From Synergistaceae bacterium (GTDB lineage: Bacteria; Synergistota; Synergistia; Synergistales; Synergistaceae): 25,795 bases of DNA. Under the pieces are notes generated by a model that saw only the letters and a program-made list of their open reading frames with translations, made no database searches and was not told the origin of the DNA. How positions within the stretch are numbered: the stretch's first letter is position 1; every line of letters starts with the position of its first letter. Shown one piece after another: positions 25,088 to 25,795 of the stretch. The translations under genes were made by a program, and so were the position numbers. The stretch lies in NCBI GenBank assembly GCA_031547985.1, contig JAVBRL010000186.1, positions 1 to 25,795 of the forward strand, written 5' to 3'.

Positions 25088-25795
25088 ATGTCGGAAACAG
25101 CGAAAAAACCCAGTTTCATACTATCCGTCGGGGTGCTGGTGGTCATCGCCGCCATCATCAGCTACGGTATTCTAGGCCTTGGACAGGACGCGCACATGCC
25201 GATCGTCATGGCCACCGCCTTTGCGGCGATCGTGGGGCGGTTTGTCCTGGGGATCCGGTGGGGCAAGCTCGAAGAGGGCGCGATGAGCGCCATCGCGTCG
25301 GGCCTGCAGGCCGTCCTGATCCTGTTTACAGTGGGTATCCTCATCGGCGTGTGGGTTACGGGGGGTATCGTCCCCGGCATGATCTACTATGGGCTCGATA
25401 TCTTAAGCCCCGCGATCTTCCTGCTGGCGACACTTATTATCTGCAGCATCGTCTCGATCGCGACGGGAACTTCATGGGGAACGTCGGGATCGGTCGGGAT
25501 TGCGCTTTTAGGAATTGGGGCGGGACTTGGCGTTCCCGCGCCCATCACGGCGGGCGTGATCATCTCCGGCGCGTACGCGGGCGACAAGATGTCGCCGCTG
25601 TCGGATACGACGAACCTGGCGCCGGCCGTCTCGGGCTCGACGCTGTTCGACCATATCCGGGCCATGTGCTGGACGACCGGCCCGACGTATCTGATCGTCA
25701 TGGCGATCACGATCTTTTTGGGTATGGGGTACGCGAAGGGAACGCTCGACCTCGTGCGTATCGAGGCCATTCAGCAGATCATGGCCAAGGAGTTC
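25088..25795 (+). CDS. nhaC: Second NhaC family transporter, 3'-truncated by window edge (absent from the ORF track)
   Basis: SD GAGGGGAGG. Hand translation: MSETAKKPSF...TGTSWGTSGSVG...GAYAGDKMSPLSDTTNLAPAVSG...IQQIMAKEF, open to the end of the window. Confidence 0.92.
   Translation, partial: MSETAKKPSFILSVGVLVVIAAIISYGILGLGQDAHMPIVMATAFAAIVGRFVLGIRWGKLEEGAMSAIASGLQAVLILFTVGILIGVWVTGGIVPGMIYYGLDILSPAIFLLATLIICSIVSIATGTSWGTSGSVGIALLGIGAGLGVPAPITAGVIISGAYAGDKMSPLSDTTNLAPAVSGSTLFDHIRAMCWTTGPTYLIVMAITIFLGMGYAKGTLDLVRIEAIQQIMAKEF

Noticed and set aside
1-25795. CRISPR array, tRNA, rRNA or insertion sequence
   Set aside because: No regularly spaced repeats, cloverleaf or rRNA signatures, or transposase motifs seen in any gap or frame.

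Overview
GC-rich bacterial chromosomal window. An outer-membrane chaperone (Skp) together with a CtsR regulon, TAXI-TRAP and tandem NhaC genes suggests a diderm anaerobe such as Synergistota (inference only). The left 11.4 kb is mostly housekeeping: ygiQ (3' part), skp, plsY, a membrane PAS-GGDEF-EAL protein with degenerate catalytic motifs, ctsR-mcsA-mcsB-clpC, a PpiC-type PPIase, and hemW on the minus strand. An accessory-looking block follows (about 11.5-22.65 kb). It holds a shortened MalT/LuxR-type regulator, an SDR + internally duplicated membrane protein + APH-like kinase operon, a TAXI-TRAP transporter, a frameshifted YesN-like response regulator with an intact YesM-like kinase, and a yefM-yoeB toxin-antitoxin pair followed by a 19-bp perfect inverted repeat. 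The window ends with two nhaC paralogues: the first has an in-frame TAG where the second has GAG, and the second is truncated by the window edge. No rRNA, tRNA, CRISPR array, transposase or integrase was recognised. The best candidate for an undescribed system is the LuxR-palindrome-SDR-repeat membrane protein-kinase cassette (11512-16228).
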